Positions 14,290-26,951 of a stretch of DNA of 64,000 nucleotides are shown here, one piece after another. The position numbers were made by a program, and so were the translations under genes. The notes beneath the pieces are model-generated. The model searched no databases. It was given only the letters and a program-made list of their open reading frames with translations, and was not told where the DNA came from. Numbering within the stretch: position 1 is the first letter of the stretch; the number at the start of each line of letters is the position of its first letter. Source of the stretch: Eledone cirrhosa (taxonomy: Eukaryota); the NCBI GenBank assembly GCA_964016885.1, contig OZ024750.1:50840001-50904000 (forward strand), read 5' to 3'.

Positions 14290-17200
14290 TTGTTGTCGTG
14301 TTTCCCTACCTCAGTCTATTTGCCTCTCTGTCATTTTCTTTCTCTTAATTTCCAGTATATTTTTGACCGGCCACCTTCCTGGTGGCAAGGTTGTAAAAGA
14401 AAAGAAATTGTCATACCTTGAATCGCAAGAATGTTTTGCAAATTTTGAAGGTGCCAGCTATCGCAGTCATTTGTAGACTATGAATTAGGGAGCTGCGCTC
14501 TTTGTCCGCAAATCCAAGTTCAGTTATACATTAGTCCAAGCAGGTTGGTATATAATCCGTAGCTCCAATAATGATGGTTATGAATCTAAAGGTGTATCTT
14601 GGATACTGGATTTGTAAACTCCTCATCAATGGTCCGTAGATATCCTCCTTCTCCTGTATTTTTCTGACAACGTTTATATCAAGTGGGCAGCTGATCTCCA
14701 CAACAGAACACGTTTTCAATGTGTGGTCCCAAACAACAACATCAGGCTGGTTGTGCTTTAATTTGGTGGCAGTTTTTATTTTTAGGTTCCACCAGTATTC
14801 TTAGTGTCATCTTTCTCAATATATTCTTCCTCGTTTGTTTTCAATTTTGTTTTCCGAAGTGCGTTCCAGATGGTTCTAGCTATCACATCGTGTCTCATGG
14901 GGAGGTAGTAGGGAGATGACATTCTTTCGCAGCTGGCAACAATGTGGCTCACAACTTCGATCTTTGTATTACATAGCCTACATTTATTGTCAGCTGCTGG
15001 CCCTCCTCTTTTGTGCAGCAGATATTTGGTAGGGAGTTCTTGTTCCTGTATTGCATAGAGATATCCTTCAAGGTGTGATGTCATAAACTTGTCGGAACTC
15101 CATGCCAGGCTTTTTGAGTGGTTTATCCCCTCTATGGTCTGTCTTTTACGTCTCAAGTATCTGTGCACAACTTCTTCTGTGAATTGGTCAATATTTTCAT
15201 CTTGTTTGAACATTGAATAGGATCTTCCGATTTCTCTGAGTGAGAGATTTATATCAGGCTTTATTCTATATCTCTCCTCTAGATCAGTGGCTATCCTAAT
15301 GATATTTCTTTCTTCGTGCTCATAAACCTGGGCAAGATGGTTGCCAACCTTTTTCCTCTGTTGAAGATGTTGCTTCAGTGTTATTATCCGGGTCTCATAT
15401 GATGTTAATATGGATTTTAGACCCCGGCCACCTTCCTTGCGTGAGAAGTATAGCCTATCCACATCACAATTGATGTTAAAGTTCCCAGTAACACTGAGAA
15501 GTTTGCGAGTTCTAACATCCATCTCACTTAGTTCTTGCAATGACCAGTTCAGCAGGCCAAATGTTGGCGTTAGAATTGGCACAGCATAAGTCTTGTGGGC
15601 AATGTACTTGTACGCGGACAGTTCCGATGACCATATTGTCTTTACTCTTCTGAGGTATTCAGTTCTGTTTCTCTCCTTATTTATGGGTCCATCATATCTG
15701 ACATTCTCATCCTGTCCAAGATATCTGTAGTTGTCACTTGACTGTAGAGGTTGTATTGTCAGCCCGTTCATCTCTAGATTTCTAGAGGAGGGCACAGCTC
15801 TTCCAAGATTTACTGCCAAATATGTACACTTAGACTCACCAAATTTCATTTTGATGTCTGTTGAAAATTGTGTAATGAGGTCCAATTGTTTCTTGATGTC
15901 ATTGATATTTGGCCCATACAACGTCAGGTCATCAACAAAGAAAAGATGGGAGATTCTTCTGGACCCACTTCTTTGTCCACCTTGTTTCCTGAATAGGTAA
16001 TATAATGGATTTAGTGAGAGAACGAAGAGTAGCACTGACAAGCTATCACCCTGAAAGATGCCCTTCTGGTAATGTATCTTATCAGTCTTAACTTTCACCT
16101 TCTCACCTCTAAGGATCAAATTGGTGTACCAGTTCTTGGTCAGACGTTCAACAGCAGCTACCTGTGGTTGTGGGACTTTGGCTAACTGTAAAGTCTTAAC
16201 AATCCACCCATGAGGTACACTATCAAATGCTTTTTGATAGTCCAGCCACACCACAGTCATGTTTCTGCGATTCTTTGTTGTTTTTTCTTGAATCATTTTA
16301 TTAGTTAGTAGGTGACTATGCAACCCCACACCTCCCTCTTTCCACCAGTTTGCTCAGGTGTTATGATGTTGTTGGTAGCACAGTGATCCTGTAAGAACAG
16401 GTTAAGGTACCCAGTATATAATTTATACATGATGTGTTGGCAGGTTATTGAGCGGTAAATTTAGCAAGGGTGGTTTTGGCTATTTTGGGGGAATGAGGAG
16501 AGTATTGGCAGTTGATAACCATCTGGGCAGTTCTTGTGTGCGTTTAATGGTTTCTGTAAACAGCTGTATGAGATCTTGCCGATAGAATGTGAAATTCTTC
16601 AACCAGTATACTGTAATGAGGTCTGGGCCTGGTGATTTCCTATTCGACATTTTCTGTAGAATTGTTTCTAGTATTGACCCATCTATGTCTTATTATTTTG
16701 TCTGGACATGTTGGCAGTAGTCCTGTTCCAGTTCTTTTAGCCATTTAGTTTGTCTGTTGAATCCGTCATCCGTTTCCCATACAGATCTCCAGTAGCGTTC
16801 AACCTGTTCTTTTGAAGGGGTGTCATTTACAGTGATTGAGCTTTTGCCACCGAAGCTGCGATAAACTGATTTAGGATCTCTGGCAAACAATCTATTTAGC
16901 ACTTGTCGTTTATGTGCTGTTGACTTATATTTTAGTATTTCTGTTGTAGCTGTGAGTTGTTGTTTCAACTGGTGTAATTTGGAGTTTAAAGTTTAAAATT
17001 TTCTATCTCCAAATCGTCTCTCCAATATTTTGTTTACGTCTTCCTGGTGTCGTGTAAAGTTGCTCTCTATGTTGCATTGCATAATGACTGCGATTTGTGA
17101 GATACTTCGTCGTCTCAAGGACAACAATTTGCTTTTTAAATTTCGCATCCACGTTCGTTCAGGCTTTTTGTTCGTATCTTCTTTGCGTGACTTTAGATGT

Positions 17201-17919
17201 TTTTTATATGATAGCAATGTGACAGCTGAAACATATAACAAAATGTTAAGCATTTCAAATGTCGTTTCTACACCTTTAGATCGTATAGCCTTCAGATAAT
17301 TGTCAGCTATTTCGTTCACCGCTTCCAATTCCAATTTAGTGGGTTCTTTACTGATTCTAGTGTGGTATGGTCTGTCACTCACATTAAGGCTGTGTATCTC
17401 TTGAAACATATCATCCCATATCACTTGTAGGGTGTCCACAAGTTTTTGGTGTTCTGTTTGTACAGTAGAGTTATGAATTTCAGCCTCGTTGTTGATGTGG
17501 TGACAATTACTACTAGAGTTAGCTGACCATTCTCGCTGTTCTTCAGTGGAAGTGAGATGGATTTCAGCAAAATTGTTGGTGAGCTGGTCACTGTTAGATT
17601 TAGCTGGACATTCTCTTTGTCTGTCAGTGGAGGTGGGGTGGTTGTCTACAAGGGCTGTATTTGTAGTATCACTCAATTCCGTTAGATGTATCAATTTACA
17701 TCTAATGATACATTTTGTCTGTTCATTTAAATACTTTGGAGAAAAGTCTAATTCTGGGTGTTTGGAGTTCCATAAAGTTTTTAACCTTTGCATAAAACCG
17801 AACTTTTGGGGTTCAGATTGTTTGTATGCTTCAAGTAATTCTTTGTTAAGCTCGTAGCTCCACTGTATACAACAGTTGTAGTTGCGATTTGATCGAAGGA
17901 GACTTGTACGTTTTGCCAT
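14290..17919 (-). mobile_element. Near full-length, frameshifted R4/Dong-like non-LTR retrotransposon (RT + restriction-like endonuclease)
   Basis: Collinear ORFs 16993-17919, 16693-16968, 14782-16329 and 14531-14719. RT motifs WLDYQKAFDSVPH, GIFQGDSLS, HLFFVDDL. Zn finger CRLC..HIVASC, then RHD, then the PD..E-type RLE segment (PDVVVWD..VVEISCP). Confidence 0.9.
14782..16329 (-). pseudogene. Reverse transcriptase and CCHC finger of the R4/Dong-like element
   Basis: 515-aa ORF with non-LTR RT motifs, frameshifted at both ends. Confidence 0.9.
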
Positions 17920-18659
17920 GATGAGTTCGTCTATTGACTAATATGTTGTATTTATTTTTCAAAATAGTCGATGATCTTCTTTAAAAGTTTCGACAAAGTT
18001 CTGTCAGAATCAAATTTAACGTTATTCACAACTTGGGTAATATTTCTTTTCAGTTAGATTCTAATTCTACAACTGTGTTTTAAACGTTGTTTTTGAATCG
18101 TTTGAATCGAGATAAAAACAAACAAAAAGAAAACCGTTACTTAGTATATTTCTTTATGAATGTAATATAATATAACAACGCTGTATTTATATGTTAAAGT
18201 TTATGTATCATTCATATAAATATGTCTACAACACATTCAAACACTTATGTTTTTGTTTCTGAATCGAAAATGTTACTTGCATATTTCTTTACATATTTCT
18301 TTACATATTTCTTTACAAATGTAATATAACAACGTTGCTTTATATGTTAAAGTGTATGTAGCGTTCATATATTAAAAGTGTATGTATCGTTCATATAAAT
18401 AGGTGTTTTACAACACACTTACAGTTCAAACACTTATGTAGAATTATTGTATGTAATCTTACCGCGTAATGTAGCTCAACTTTTTCCATTATATGGTATG
18501 TTTCCTTCATGTAAGCCGTAATTACACACGTCCGATTATCGGACACTGACAATAACGGACGCCATTGTATGTATATATATATGTATGTATATATATATAT
18601 CATCATCATCATCATCGTTTAACGTCCACTTTCCACGCTGATGGGACTGGCTGATGGGA

Positions 18660-19430
18660 CTGGCTGATTAGGTGTTTGAGGCTTTTGCACCCCGCACTCC
18701 TATCAGCTACTCCCACCCAATCCCAGCGTGCGTCTAAGATGCCGTTCTAGTCTCCGCTAACACTAGAGGGTGAGATGTACCCAGAAAATGTTCCAGGCGA
18801 CTAAAGAAGTCCGGCCGTCCGGCCCCAGTAGACGCCCAGCAGTCTAAAGGCACCACCTTCACTACTGCTCACATCTAGGACCACCATCTTACCGTCCGGG
18901 TCCCGGAAGGTCGACCTTACCTTGAGTTCCAGACCTTTCCTAAACAGCACTGCCACCCCACCTCCCATTCCCGGCCTGCTAACAGATGCCAAGATCTGAT
19001 AGTCGTGGAAAATGGGGGCTAATGCGCGCGTGTCGGAAATCCTGGTCTCGCTGACGGCAATCACATCCATTTCCAGAGACCTGAGGTCGTTGAGCAGGCG
19101 ACCCTGCTTCAGAGAGGAAAGGTTTACCTACCTCCCGGTGTCTTGTGACGGTCGGGTGGTTCGATCTCCATGGTTGGTTGGATTTCGTTTGGGAACCCCT
19201 TTAAAAGTCTTGATGTGGGTTTCACGTTCGTGGTTCCCACGTCTTGAGGAAAGCTCTCTCGAATTTCTTTGAATTGAGCGAAATTCGCACCCGAAGCAAA
19301 TCTTCTGGCACGCAAAATGTATTCATTTCAAAGATACCCACCTCTGTTTGGATGTCCTCCCTTTGTGCTAAGAGGGCCATCATTTTATCGTTGGCCATTC
19401 TGACAAGCACGAAGTTTTTAATGTTTTGTT
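18660..19430 (-). mobile_element. Tx1/L1-like fragment: ORF1 end and APE endonuclease N-terminus
   Basis: MDVIAVSETRI..GGGVAVLFRKG..GGAFRLLGVY. ESFPQDVG matches EQFSQDVG at 12081-12302. Confidence 0.8.
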
Positions 19431-19599
19431 GGTGTGGTTTTATTTGTTTGCATTATTATTATACCAGTAATGCACTGGTTATTTGCTGGCCTTTTCCCTA
19501 AAGTAAAAACAATTATTATTACTGGACGCACATGTATTAAGACGTACAAGTCTGCGGGGGAAAAGGTTCGTAACTTTAAGCTGTTTTAAAGTATCAATT

Positions 19600-19815
19600 T
19601 GTGTATTTTCTTGTCGTTAACGAAGCATAAGGTTCCAAAGAAGGGAGACCTCTCATTATTCGGGCTTTAAGCCTGAATATTCAGATTTATTTTTAAAAGC
19701 TTCGAAAAAATCGCTTCCCCACCCCCCAAAATATGAAATTTTCGAGCTTGAAACGATAAACAGCGTTGAGGTCAAAAGTTCAAACTTAGCCACTGTAGAT
19801 CTCACCACAACTACA

Positions 19816-19853
<38 letters not shown>

Positions 19854-21430
19854 AGACATGCCTATTGACCATTCAACTGAAAGTGAAGGCAAAACACAAA
19901 AGTTACCATCAAAACCGCTCCCTTCTGTGATAGTAGCAGTATCATCTCTAAACGACATCACCACCACCACCAGCGCCACCACCATCACCACCACAACAAC
20001 AAAGCAGAACAACAACGACAATAACACCGACAGCTGCAATATAAACACGGATGGCGGTGGCAACAGCAACAACAAACAAAACAACAACAACAGCAAGAAC
20101 GACAACACCAGCAACAAGAGCAACAGAGGCACTAACTTTGCAGCGGCAGCAGCGAAAACAAAGCGCTTATTGGTTATTGAATGTTGATATTAGCAATAAA
20201 GACGAACAGTTGGTCCAGACGTGGAGGCTAATTAAACGGGAGAAGTCCTGGGCAAACCTGACCATCCCGAACGGGGCAATAGCGGCCATGCAAAGGTGGA
20301 CGATGTACTTTCGATGCATTTCAGTGCAGACACGCAAAGTGGAACTTGCCAGCCAAGCAGAGTTCGAGGCTGCTTTGAAGTGCATCGGAAGTGACATAGA
20401 GTATAAAGCTAGGGCCAAGCAGTTCGGTACCATCTCGGTACTCTTCAAAACCGAGGCCCTTGCTATTAAGCTCGCGGTGACCCCTGCAGAACGGAACGCA
20501 TTATCATGCACCCGTCCTACATGGGCAAACGGACAGTAAAGGTCCGCATTCCCAGGATCCCACCAGGAATGAACATTTGGTGGCTCCTGGGATGCGTAAT
20601 TGAGGAGGGGACAGACACTACCCTCCTGAATATCAAGAGGACAGAGAGAGAAGACTGGTCCGGAATGGATTTGGAGATTTTTCTCCAAATGAAACCAGAG
20701 GACATCAACATCATACCGGATTTCCCCGCCTGCAGGACGGGACAACAATCCAATTAATCGCTGAGGGATGAAGGCCGCACTGCTTCGTCTGCGGGGAACT
20801 AACGCATCTGAAAGCCTTCTGCCCTCCGCTCAAAAATGCAGGGGGTCGCAAACCTCCTTTGTTTACCAACACCAATGTCAGCACGGAAAGCTGCACCACC
20901 ACCACCACCAACAAAACAACACCAACAATGACACGGTTAACCCCACCAACATCAAAAACAGTCGGACGACCACCAGCACTGAAACCAATCCAAGGGGAAA
21001 ACGAGGAAAGCTCCCCCACTCCCCCTACCTCTCCAATTATACACATAGACAAAACAATAAATTCACACACAGACACAGATACACTCACAGCCACAGACCC
21101 TTTGTCTTCCAGCAGTAGAGATGAAGGAAAACCCAAAAGTCCCAAAAAACAAGAGAACATTCACCAAAAAATCCCCAACAAAACACAAAAACATACACAA
21201 CAAAAAATAAAGACACCACTAACGCAATCACTTCCCCAATAACATCAACACCAACATCAACATCAACACCACCCCCACAATCCCCGAAACGCAAACAACC
21301 TAAACAAACACAAGAAGAAATAAACACACAGATACCTGAAATTGCAGACACCACACCTACAACAAACACAGAGATACCCGAAACAACACCACCAAAACCA
21401 CCACCACTGCAGTCACCAAAACGCCTATAC
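19600..21430 (+). mobile_element. Tx1/L1-like ORF1 (frameshifted) with CCHC zinc knuckle
   Basis: PSYMGKRTVKVRIPRIPPGMNIWW is homologous to 13087-13383. CFVCGELTHLKAFC (Cx2Cx4Hx4C) near 20781-20822. Thr/Asn/Pro low-complexity tracts. Confidence 0.8.
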
Positions 21431-22235
21431 ATAATAGCACGTAAACGTATACATTCTCACATAAGTGTATGTGCGTCTACATGGAAATACGAACACACAC
21501 ATATATAAAATATATACAGTATTTCTTCTCCCAATCAGCATAACCAACCATACAAAAAATCATTTAAACGAGGCTATAAGTTGAAAATATACTTATGAAG
21601 AAATAATAGATAAATAAATTATACCTTTTTATCCGCGATTCACACCATAGAAAATGTACCTAGTATTTCTGATAGCCTGTAAAAAGTGATTAGAAATATA
21701 GCTAACCATACATAATTATGTACAAAATCAAAGTTACAGAAAAAATGTACAAATACCAATATCATCAAAGTATATCTCTATCCCCCAGAGGTTTCATTCT
21801 CTTTTTGGATATATCCGATCTTGGATAAATCAACGAGTTTGGAAATCATCAGGAGATAAACTCAGTTGGACAAAGATATTTCTTAAAAGATCCCCGTCAG
21901 AAACGAATTCAAAATGGCTAAGAATTGGAAGACGTAAGGGAGACGCGCTCGAAAAGCCACTCCAGCTCGCGGGGTTCAAACCTGCAGCTGGCCAGCTCAG
22001 CGCCCATGGTGGTGAGTAGGGAGGTAGCCCTGGGGCCGAGGACAGCAGAAGTCTCCACTGCCAGCATGTTCAGTAATTGTCGTTGACTTTAAGTTTCTCT
22101 CTTCCAGTTGCTCACACATTCTTTGGTATATTGTTTCCCGCTTTTTTTTGCTGTTTTTCTCTCTCTCCTTTCCTCCTTTTCCCTTCTGTTATGCTATATT
22201 TTCTTTCTCTCCTTCTTTTCCCAATAACTTACCTT

Positions 22236-22343
22236 AGTTATTGAAAGCACTGGGGCGAGATATCTTGTCTTTAATGCGTAGAAATATCCAAGACCCCCAG
22301 CAGACAGTTGATGAAGGAAAGCTTTCTCCCGTTCATGCTTTCT

Positions 22344-22346
<3 letters not shown>
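22236..22346 (+). ncRNA. Structured repeat with covarying stems and hammerhead-core-like segments (other copies on the minus strand at 40904-41020 and 41450-41566)
   Basis: Three-copy alignment by eye; see finding. Confidence 0.5.
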
Positions 22347-22381
<35 letters not shown>

Positions 22382-22642
22382 TTGCGAGGTTTTTTTATAT
22401 GAAATCGTGTGTCGAAACAGATATTGTTATATTTGGGGAGGGTCATATTTGCGTAATATTGCCAGAATTAATAACAGAACACACTCACTGTTTGGTTGGT
22501 TTTCGCTTCTCGCTGTCTTTTATATATATATATCTGCGATCTAACTTACTCGGTCCTCAATGTTGCCATTGACTGACCGGCGGTCAAAAATAATACAGAT
22601 ACAATATAGACACAAACACATATATATAGTTTACATAATTTA

Positions 22643-22680
22643 CATAAATCTTTCGTTGCACATCTGCAACATCGTCAGTG
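22643..22680 (-). ncRNA. Minimal hammerhead motif in the pLTR (identical copy at 26779-26816)
   Basis: ca-CTGACGA-t-GTTGCA gatg TGCAAC-GAAA-GATT-TA-tg. Stem II is strong, stem I only 2 bp. Confidence 0.6.
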
Positions 22681-22948
22681 GTGTTATATTCATTGTTCCT
22701 CCTGTTGTGTTGTATGTCTACGCCATTTTTTTTTTGTTCAGTCTGTCTATATATTTATTTATTTATTTGCTTGTTTGTTTATCTTATTTTATTCTGTCTT
22801 CTTTGCGCATGCGTTTGCGTGCGTGTATAGTGTTATGTGTGATGTGTGACTAGTGTGTATAGTGTTGTGTCTGCTGGGTGACTAGTGTGTGTTTATGTGC
22901 TTGTGTATGTATTTATTTATCTTATTTTATTTAATTTTATTTACTTAT

Positions 22949-25123
22949 TTATACTTCTCTTAGGTCAGTGTTGTTTGTTTGGGTGTTGTTGTTGTTCCAC
23001 TCATTCTTTCTGTTTAGCTTTGGTCTTCTAATTTCTATTTCACTGGCCTCTCTGATTTGCCTATCTGCTGGGTCATTCCTATGTTTAGATATTATTCTAA
23101 TTTCTATGTTGTCTATGTTACCGTCATGTTGTTGTCTAGCATGTTCGTATAGTACTGACCCGTTTTTTCGTCCTTTTAGTTCCCCCCAGTGTTGGTCTAT
23201 CCTTTCACCTATGCTACGAGCTGTCTCACCTATGTATGTTGTTGTCATGTTTCTGCAAGTACCCTCTGTACATCTTATGCTATAGACTACGTTTCTAGTT
23301 TTACAGTTTATCCGGGGGTTCACCTTACATATGATACATTTCCTATTGGTACAGTGGGTTTTCTTAAAAGGGTAGGTTTTGCTGATCAGGGATTTTATGG
23401 TGGTTCCTGGCTTTTCTACCACCTTTATTTTTAAGTGGGTTTTTCTCAGGGCCTTTCTACACTGGTTAGCTAATTTCCCTCCAGGGGTGGCGTCCACAAA
23501 CATGACACTCTGATATCTCTGGTTGTCGTACCATGATGTGGCCTTCCCTATCTTATGTCTAGCCCTATCTAAGCTATTCCATGATTTGCTCCTGTATAGT
23601 GGGCAAATTCCTTTCATGTCCAGTTCTATGAGGGTCTTATACTTTTCCATGGCTCCTTCGTATACTCTGACTCTGTCTCTTTGGTTGTAGCCAGAGAACT
23701 GCATGCGGTTGATGAAGTGTTGGATGTGTCCTTCCATTTCTGTTGGGTCGCACATGCTGGACACATTCTTCATCACTCGTACCAAATCTGCGATCAGAAT
23801 ATTAAACTTAGCACTACTGGACATTGCTGAGTTTTTGAGTATCAGATATTTGGAGGCCATGGGCTTAGCATAGTGTGAGTGGAGAATTTGGGCTCTCTCG
23901 TCTATAGTGTTAATCCAGAGTTCTGTGTCTAATACAGGTAGTCTATTGTTAGGGTGTTTGGAAGGGAAGTCTATAGTTACAGTTATACTCTGGTGTATGG
24001 AATTAGCTATCTGCTGGATGCTTTCCATCGTGCTACGTTCTAAATCAAACTTGTTAGTGCTCTCTAGTGGGGGTGTTCTTATAACTATATTGATATCGTC
24101 TACATAACGAGAGTACATGATGAGGTCTATGGAGCTTTCATTAAGGAGATCTTTAAGTCTCCTTTCCCACCATACCATGAAAAGGTTGGCAACATCACCA
24201 GCTATGCTGATGCCGATGGCTGCTCCCTCATTTTGGGTGTAGATTTTCTCATTGAACTTAAATATGTGGCCCTTTAGGGTAGTTTTGATACTAGCCCCTA
24301 TTGCATGTGCGACCATTTTTCTTACCTGATCAGTGTTTTGGGGGGTCCGTATAGCTTTGGTCCACCCAATCCACCTTCCTATGGGAGTCTTTTTAGCCAT
24401 TGAGGTTATGGTGGGGGGTCTACCTCTTATAGGTCTACTAGGGCAGAAACATCTAAGGTCATGGCTGTCTATGTAGTCAGTGTCGTAGGTAAGTCTAAGT
24501 AGGAGGCCCAGTTCGTCTGTGTCGACGTCGCAGAACTCCACCTCACTCTCAATGATCATCTCCACACATCTTTTCACAGCAAAATCAATGTTAATGGATG
24601 GGTACAGTGACACCACATCCATGCTGCCTATTATGCAGTTGGATAGGCTCCTGTTTTTGTTGCACTCACTGATTCTGCTGAGGAGGTCCTCTGTACTTTC
24701 ACATACATCTGGGGACATCTTCATTATGGGGCGTATAACCATTGAGAGGAAGTAGGAGATCCTGTAGTTGCTAGCTATATTAGCTCCGCATACGGGTCTT
24801 GTTGGTGGTCCTGTTGTCGGGTCGTCGACTGTCTTGTGGTCTTTGCGGAGCCCATACAAGGGTGGTATGCCATTGTTAGACGCCTGGATGTTGTTGGCAG
24901 TGCGTCTGCTTGGCTTTAGGATGTCAGTCCACATCATCATGTGAGCGTTGAGGATTTTTTCTCTCCCATCGTGTGTTAGTTGTGCAACTTCGCTCGTGTT
25001 GGTGATGTGGGGTTGCATTGCCTCGATGTAGTTCGGCATGCTATCTATTGACATCCTACCAGACTTATCTGTGGGTAGACACACTACCTCACCATCCCTT
25101 GTGCGCTGCTTGAGGCTAACCAA
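22949..25123 (-). CDS. PLE reverse transcriptase + C-terminal GIY-YIG endonuclease (724 aa open; N-terminus separated by frameshifts)
   Basis: PTDKSG, LYGLRKDHK, SMDVVSLYPSI, GAAIG..VANLFM, RYVDDI, LPVLD, Cys-rich linker CTNRKCIIC, NVVYSIRC..YIGETARSIGERIDQH. Confidence 0.9.
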   Translation of the reverse strand: MVSLKQRTRDGEVVCLPTDKSGRMSIDSMPNYIEAMQPHITNTSEVAQLTHDGREKILNAHMMMWTDILKPSRRTANNIQASNNGIPPLYGLRKDHKTVDDPTTGPPTRPVCGANIASNYRISYFLSMVIRPIMKMSPDVCESTEDLLSRISECNKNRSLSNCIIGSMDVVSLYPSINIDFAVKRCVEMIIESEVEFCDVDTDELGLLLRLTYDTDYIDSHDLRCFCPSRPIRGRPPTITSMAKKTPIGRWIGWTKAIRTPQNTDQVRKMVAHAIGASIKTTLKGHIFKFNEKIYTQNEGAAIGISIAGDVANLFMVWWERRLKDLLNESSIDLIMYSRYVDDINIVIRTPPLESTNKFDLERSTMESIQQIANSIHQSITVTIDFPSKHPNNRLPVLDTELWINTIDERAQILHSHYAKPMASKYLILKNSAMSSSAKFNILIADLVRVMKNVSSMCDPTEMEGHIQHFINRMQFSGYNQRDRVRVYEGAMEKYKTLIELDMKGICPLYRSKSWNSLDRARHKIGKATSWYDNQRYQSVMFVDATPGGKLANQCRKALRKTHLKIKVVEKPGTTIKSLISKTYPFKKTHCTNRKCIICKVNPRINCKTRNVVYSIRCTEGTCRNMTTTYIGETARSIGERIDQHWGELKGRKNGSVLYEHARQQHDGNIDNIEIRIISKHRNDPADRQIREASEIEIRRPKLNRKNEWNNNNTQTNNTDLREV

Positions 25124-25346
25124 GCCTTCTACAGGTTTTATCCCAAGTTGTTGGGCTCTGGTCTGCTCTGTCTCATAGTGTACCTGTCTACTACTTGTCT
25201 AATCTTATTTCTAGCTATGGTGAACTGTGCCTCCGTCTCGTCATCTATTTGCTGTGGTATGCAAACTCTTTTATTAAAGGGTAACCTCGTAGGATAGATA
25301 TTACCCATCTTATATGTTTTGTCAGCTGGGTTGAAAAATAGTTTCT

Positions 25347-26582
25347 CTAAGGGGTTGTCGTTATTTCTATCGTCATAGTTATGTGTGTGTTGCTATTATT
25401 GTTATCATGGTGGTTGTTGTTGTTTCTATCATTAGCATTAATATTATTATTGTTATGATTGCTAGATGTATTGTTGTTTACTTCACCGTTATTGTTGTTG
25501 TTGTTACTGCTATTTCTACCATTGTGGTTGTTACTATTATTATGTTTCTTGTTTTTGTTGATGTTGCTACATGTACTATTTCCATTATTACCACTGTGGT
25601 TATTGTTGTTGTTGTTGTTCGTATTGTTACCGTTATTACTACTGTGGTCACTGTTGCTGTGTCTGTGGTTAACGTTTCTATTATTATTATTATTGTGGTT
25701 GTTGTTGTTCTGTCTATCGCTAGTATTATTACCATTATCACTATTTCTCACTTTCCTGCCATTGTTATGGTTATGGCTGTTATTTCTATACCCAGAGTTA
25801 TTGTTTATATTACTACTACCGTTATTATTGTTGTTGTTGTTTACCTTTGCATTCCAACGTATTTTTGTGAAACACTTTTCCAGCTCCGTTTTGCATTCCA
25901 TAGGGTTAATCTTTTTGTAGATGGCAAATTTTGGTGGTAACTTTAGGATTTGTTGTTCTTGTTCACTGATTAAAGTGTTCCCATAGATATTTACTGTGTG
26001 GTCATTGGTAAATTCTTCCGGTAGTTTTACATCACTCATACGGATGTTGTCGATGTTATCTGGGTATTTTTGAGAATATTCGATTTTCCTTTCTTGTAGT
26101 TTTTTCTTATTCATCCATTCTAATTTCTTCTTGAAATGCCTACAGCATTCGTTTTGAGCATATTTCGTTTCGCGTCGGATGACGCTCATGAAGTCATCTC
26201 TCTCGTTTGCTGTGATGAGATTTCGGATTTCCTTACCGTTGATGCGTTTTTGTCTGTAGAGTGCGTTGACTTTTGTGTATGTTGTTCTTTTCATATTAAC
26301 TGTTATTGTGTGTTTTAGCCGTTCAGCTTGTGTTTTGTTCAATAATAAATTATTTACTTGTTTTGATATGTTTGTTGTGTATGTTTTGGAGGAAACACAG
26401 TGTTTTAAGAAGCGGATTTGTTCTGTTGTTATTGTAGTTTTTATATAACAGAAAACAGTGTCTTTCAATAACCTTTCAGCTTGGCACAAGCTAATGCCAT
26501 AGCGGCGATGAATTAGTTTTGCGAGGTTTTTTATATGAAATCGTGTGTCGAAACAGATATTGTTATATTTGGGGAGGGTCAT
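25347..26582 (-). CDS. N-terminal part of the PLE ORF with a long Asn-rich insertion
   Basis: The ATG lies inside the pLTR. Contains ILKLPPKFA. An AAC/AAT-rich tract spans about 25385-25842. Coding continues out of frame (RLPFNKRVCIP) toward 25123. Confidence 0.75.
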   Translation of the reverse strand: MTLPKYNNICFDTRFHIKNLAKLIHRRYGISLCQAERLLKDTVFCYIKTTITTEQIRFLKHCVSSKTYTTNISKQVNNLLLNKTQAERLKHTITVNMKRTTYTKVNALYRQKRINGKEIRNLITANERDDFMSVIRRETKYAQNECCRHFKKKLEWMNKKKLQERKIEYSQKYPDNIDNIRMSDVKLPEEFTNDHTVNIYGNTLISEQEQQILKLPPKFAIYKKINPMECKTELEKCFTKIRWNAKVNNNNNNNGSSNINNNSGYRNNSHNHNNGRKVRNSDNGNNTSDRQNNNNHNNNNNRNVNHRHSNSDHSSNNGNNTNNNNNNNHSGNNGNSTCSNINKNKKHNNSNNHNGRNSSNNNNNNGEVNNNTSSNHNNNNINANDRNNNNHHDNNNSNTHITMTIEITTTP

Positions 26583-26951
26583 ATTTGCGTAATATTGCCA
26601 GAATTAATAACAGAACACACTCACTGTTTGGTTGGTTTTCGCTTCTCGCTGTCTTTTATATATATATATCTGCGATCTAACTTACTCGGTCCTCAATGTT
26701 GCCATTGACTGACCGGCGGTCAAAAATAATACAGATACAATATAGACACAAACACATATATATAGTTTACATAATTTACATAAATCTTTCGTTGCACATC
26801 TGCAACATCGTCAGTGGTGTTATATTCATTGTTCCTCCTGTTGTGTTGTATGTCTACGCCATTTTTTTTTTTGTTCAAAACCAACCAAACAGTGAGTGTG
26901 TTCTGTTATTAATTCTGGCAATATTACGCAAATATGACCCTCCCCAAATAT

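Noticed and set aside
25383-25940. Hydrophobic Val/Ile/Leu-rich ORFs resembling membrane proteins
   Set aside because: They are antisense readings of the Asn-rich tract of the PLE ORF.
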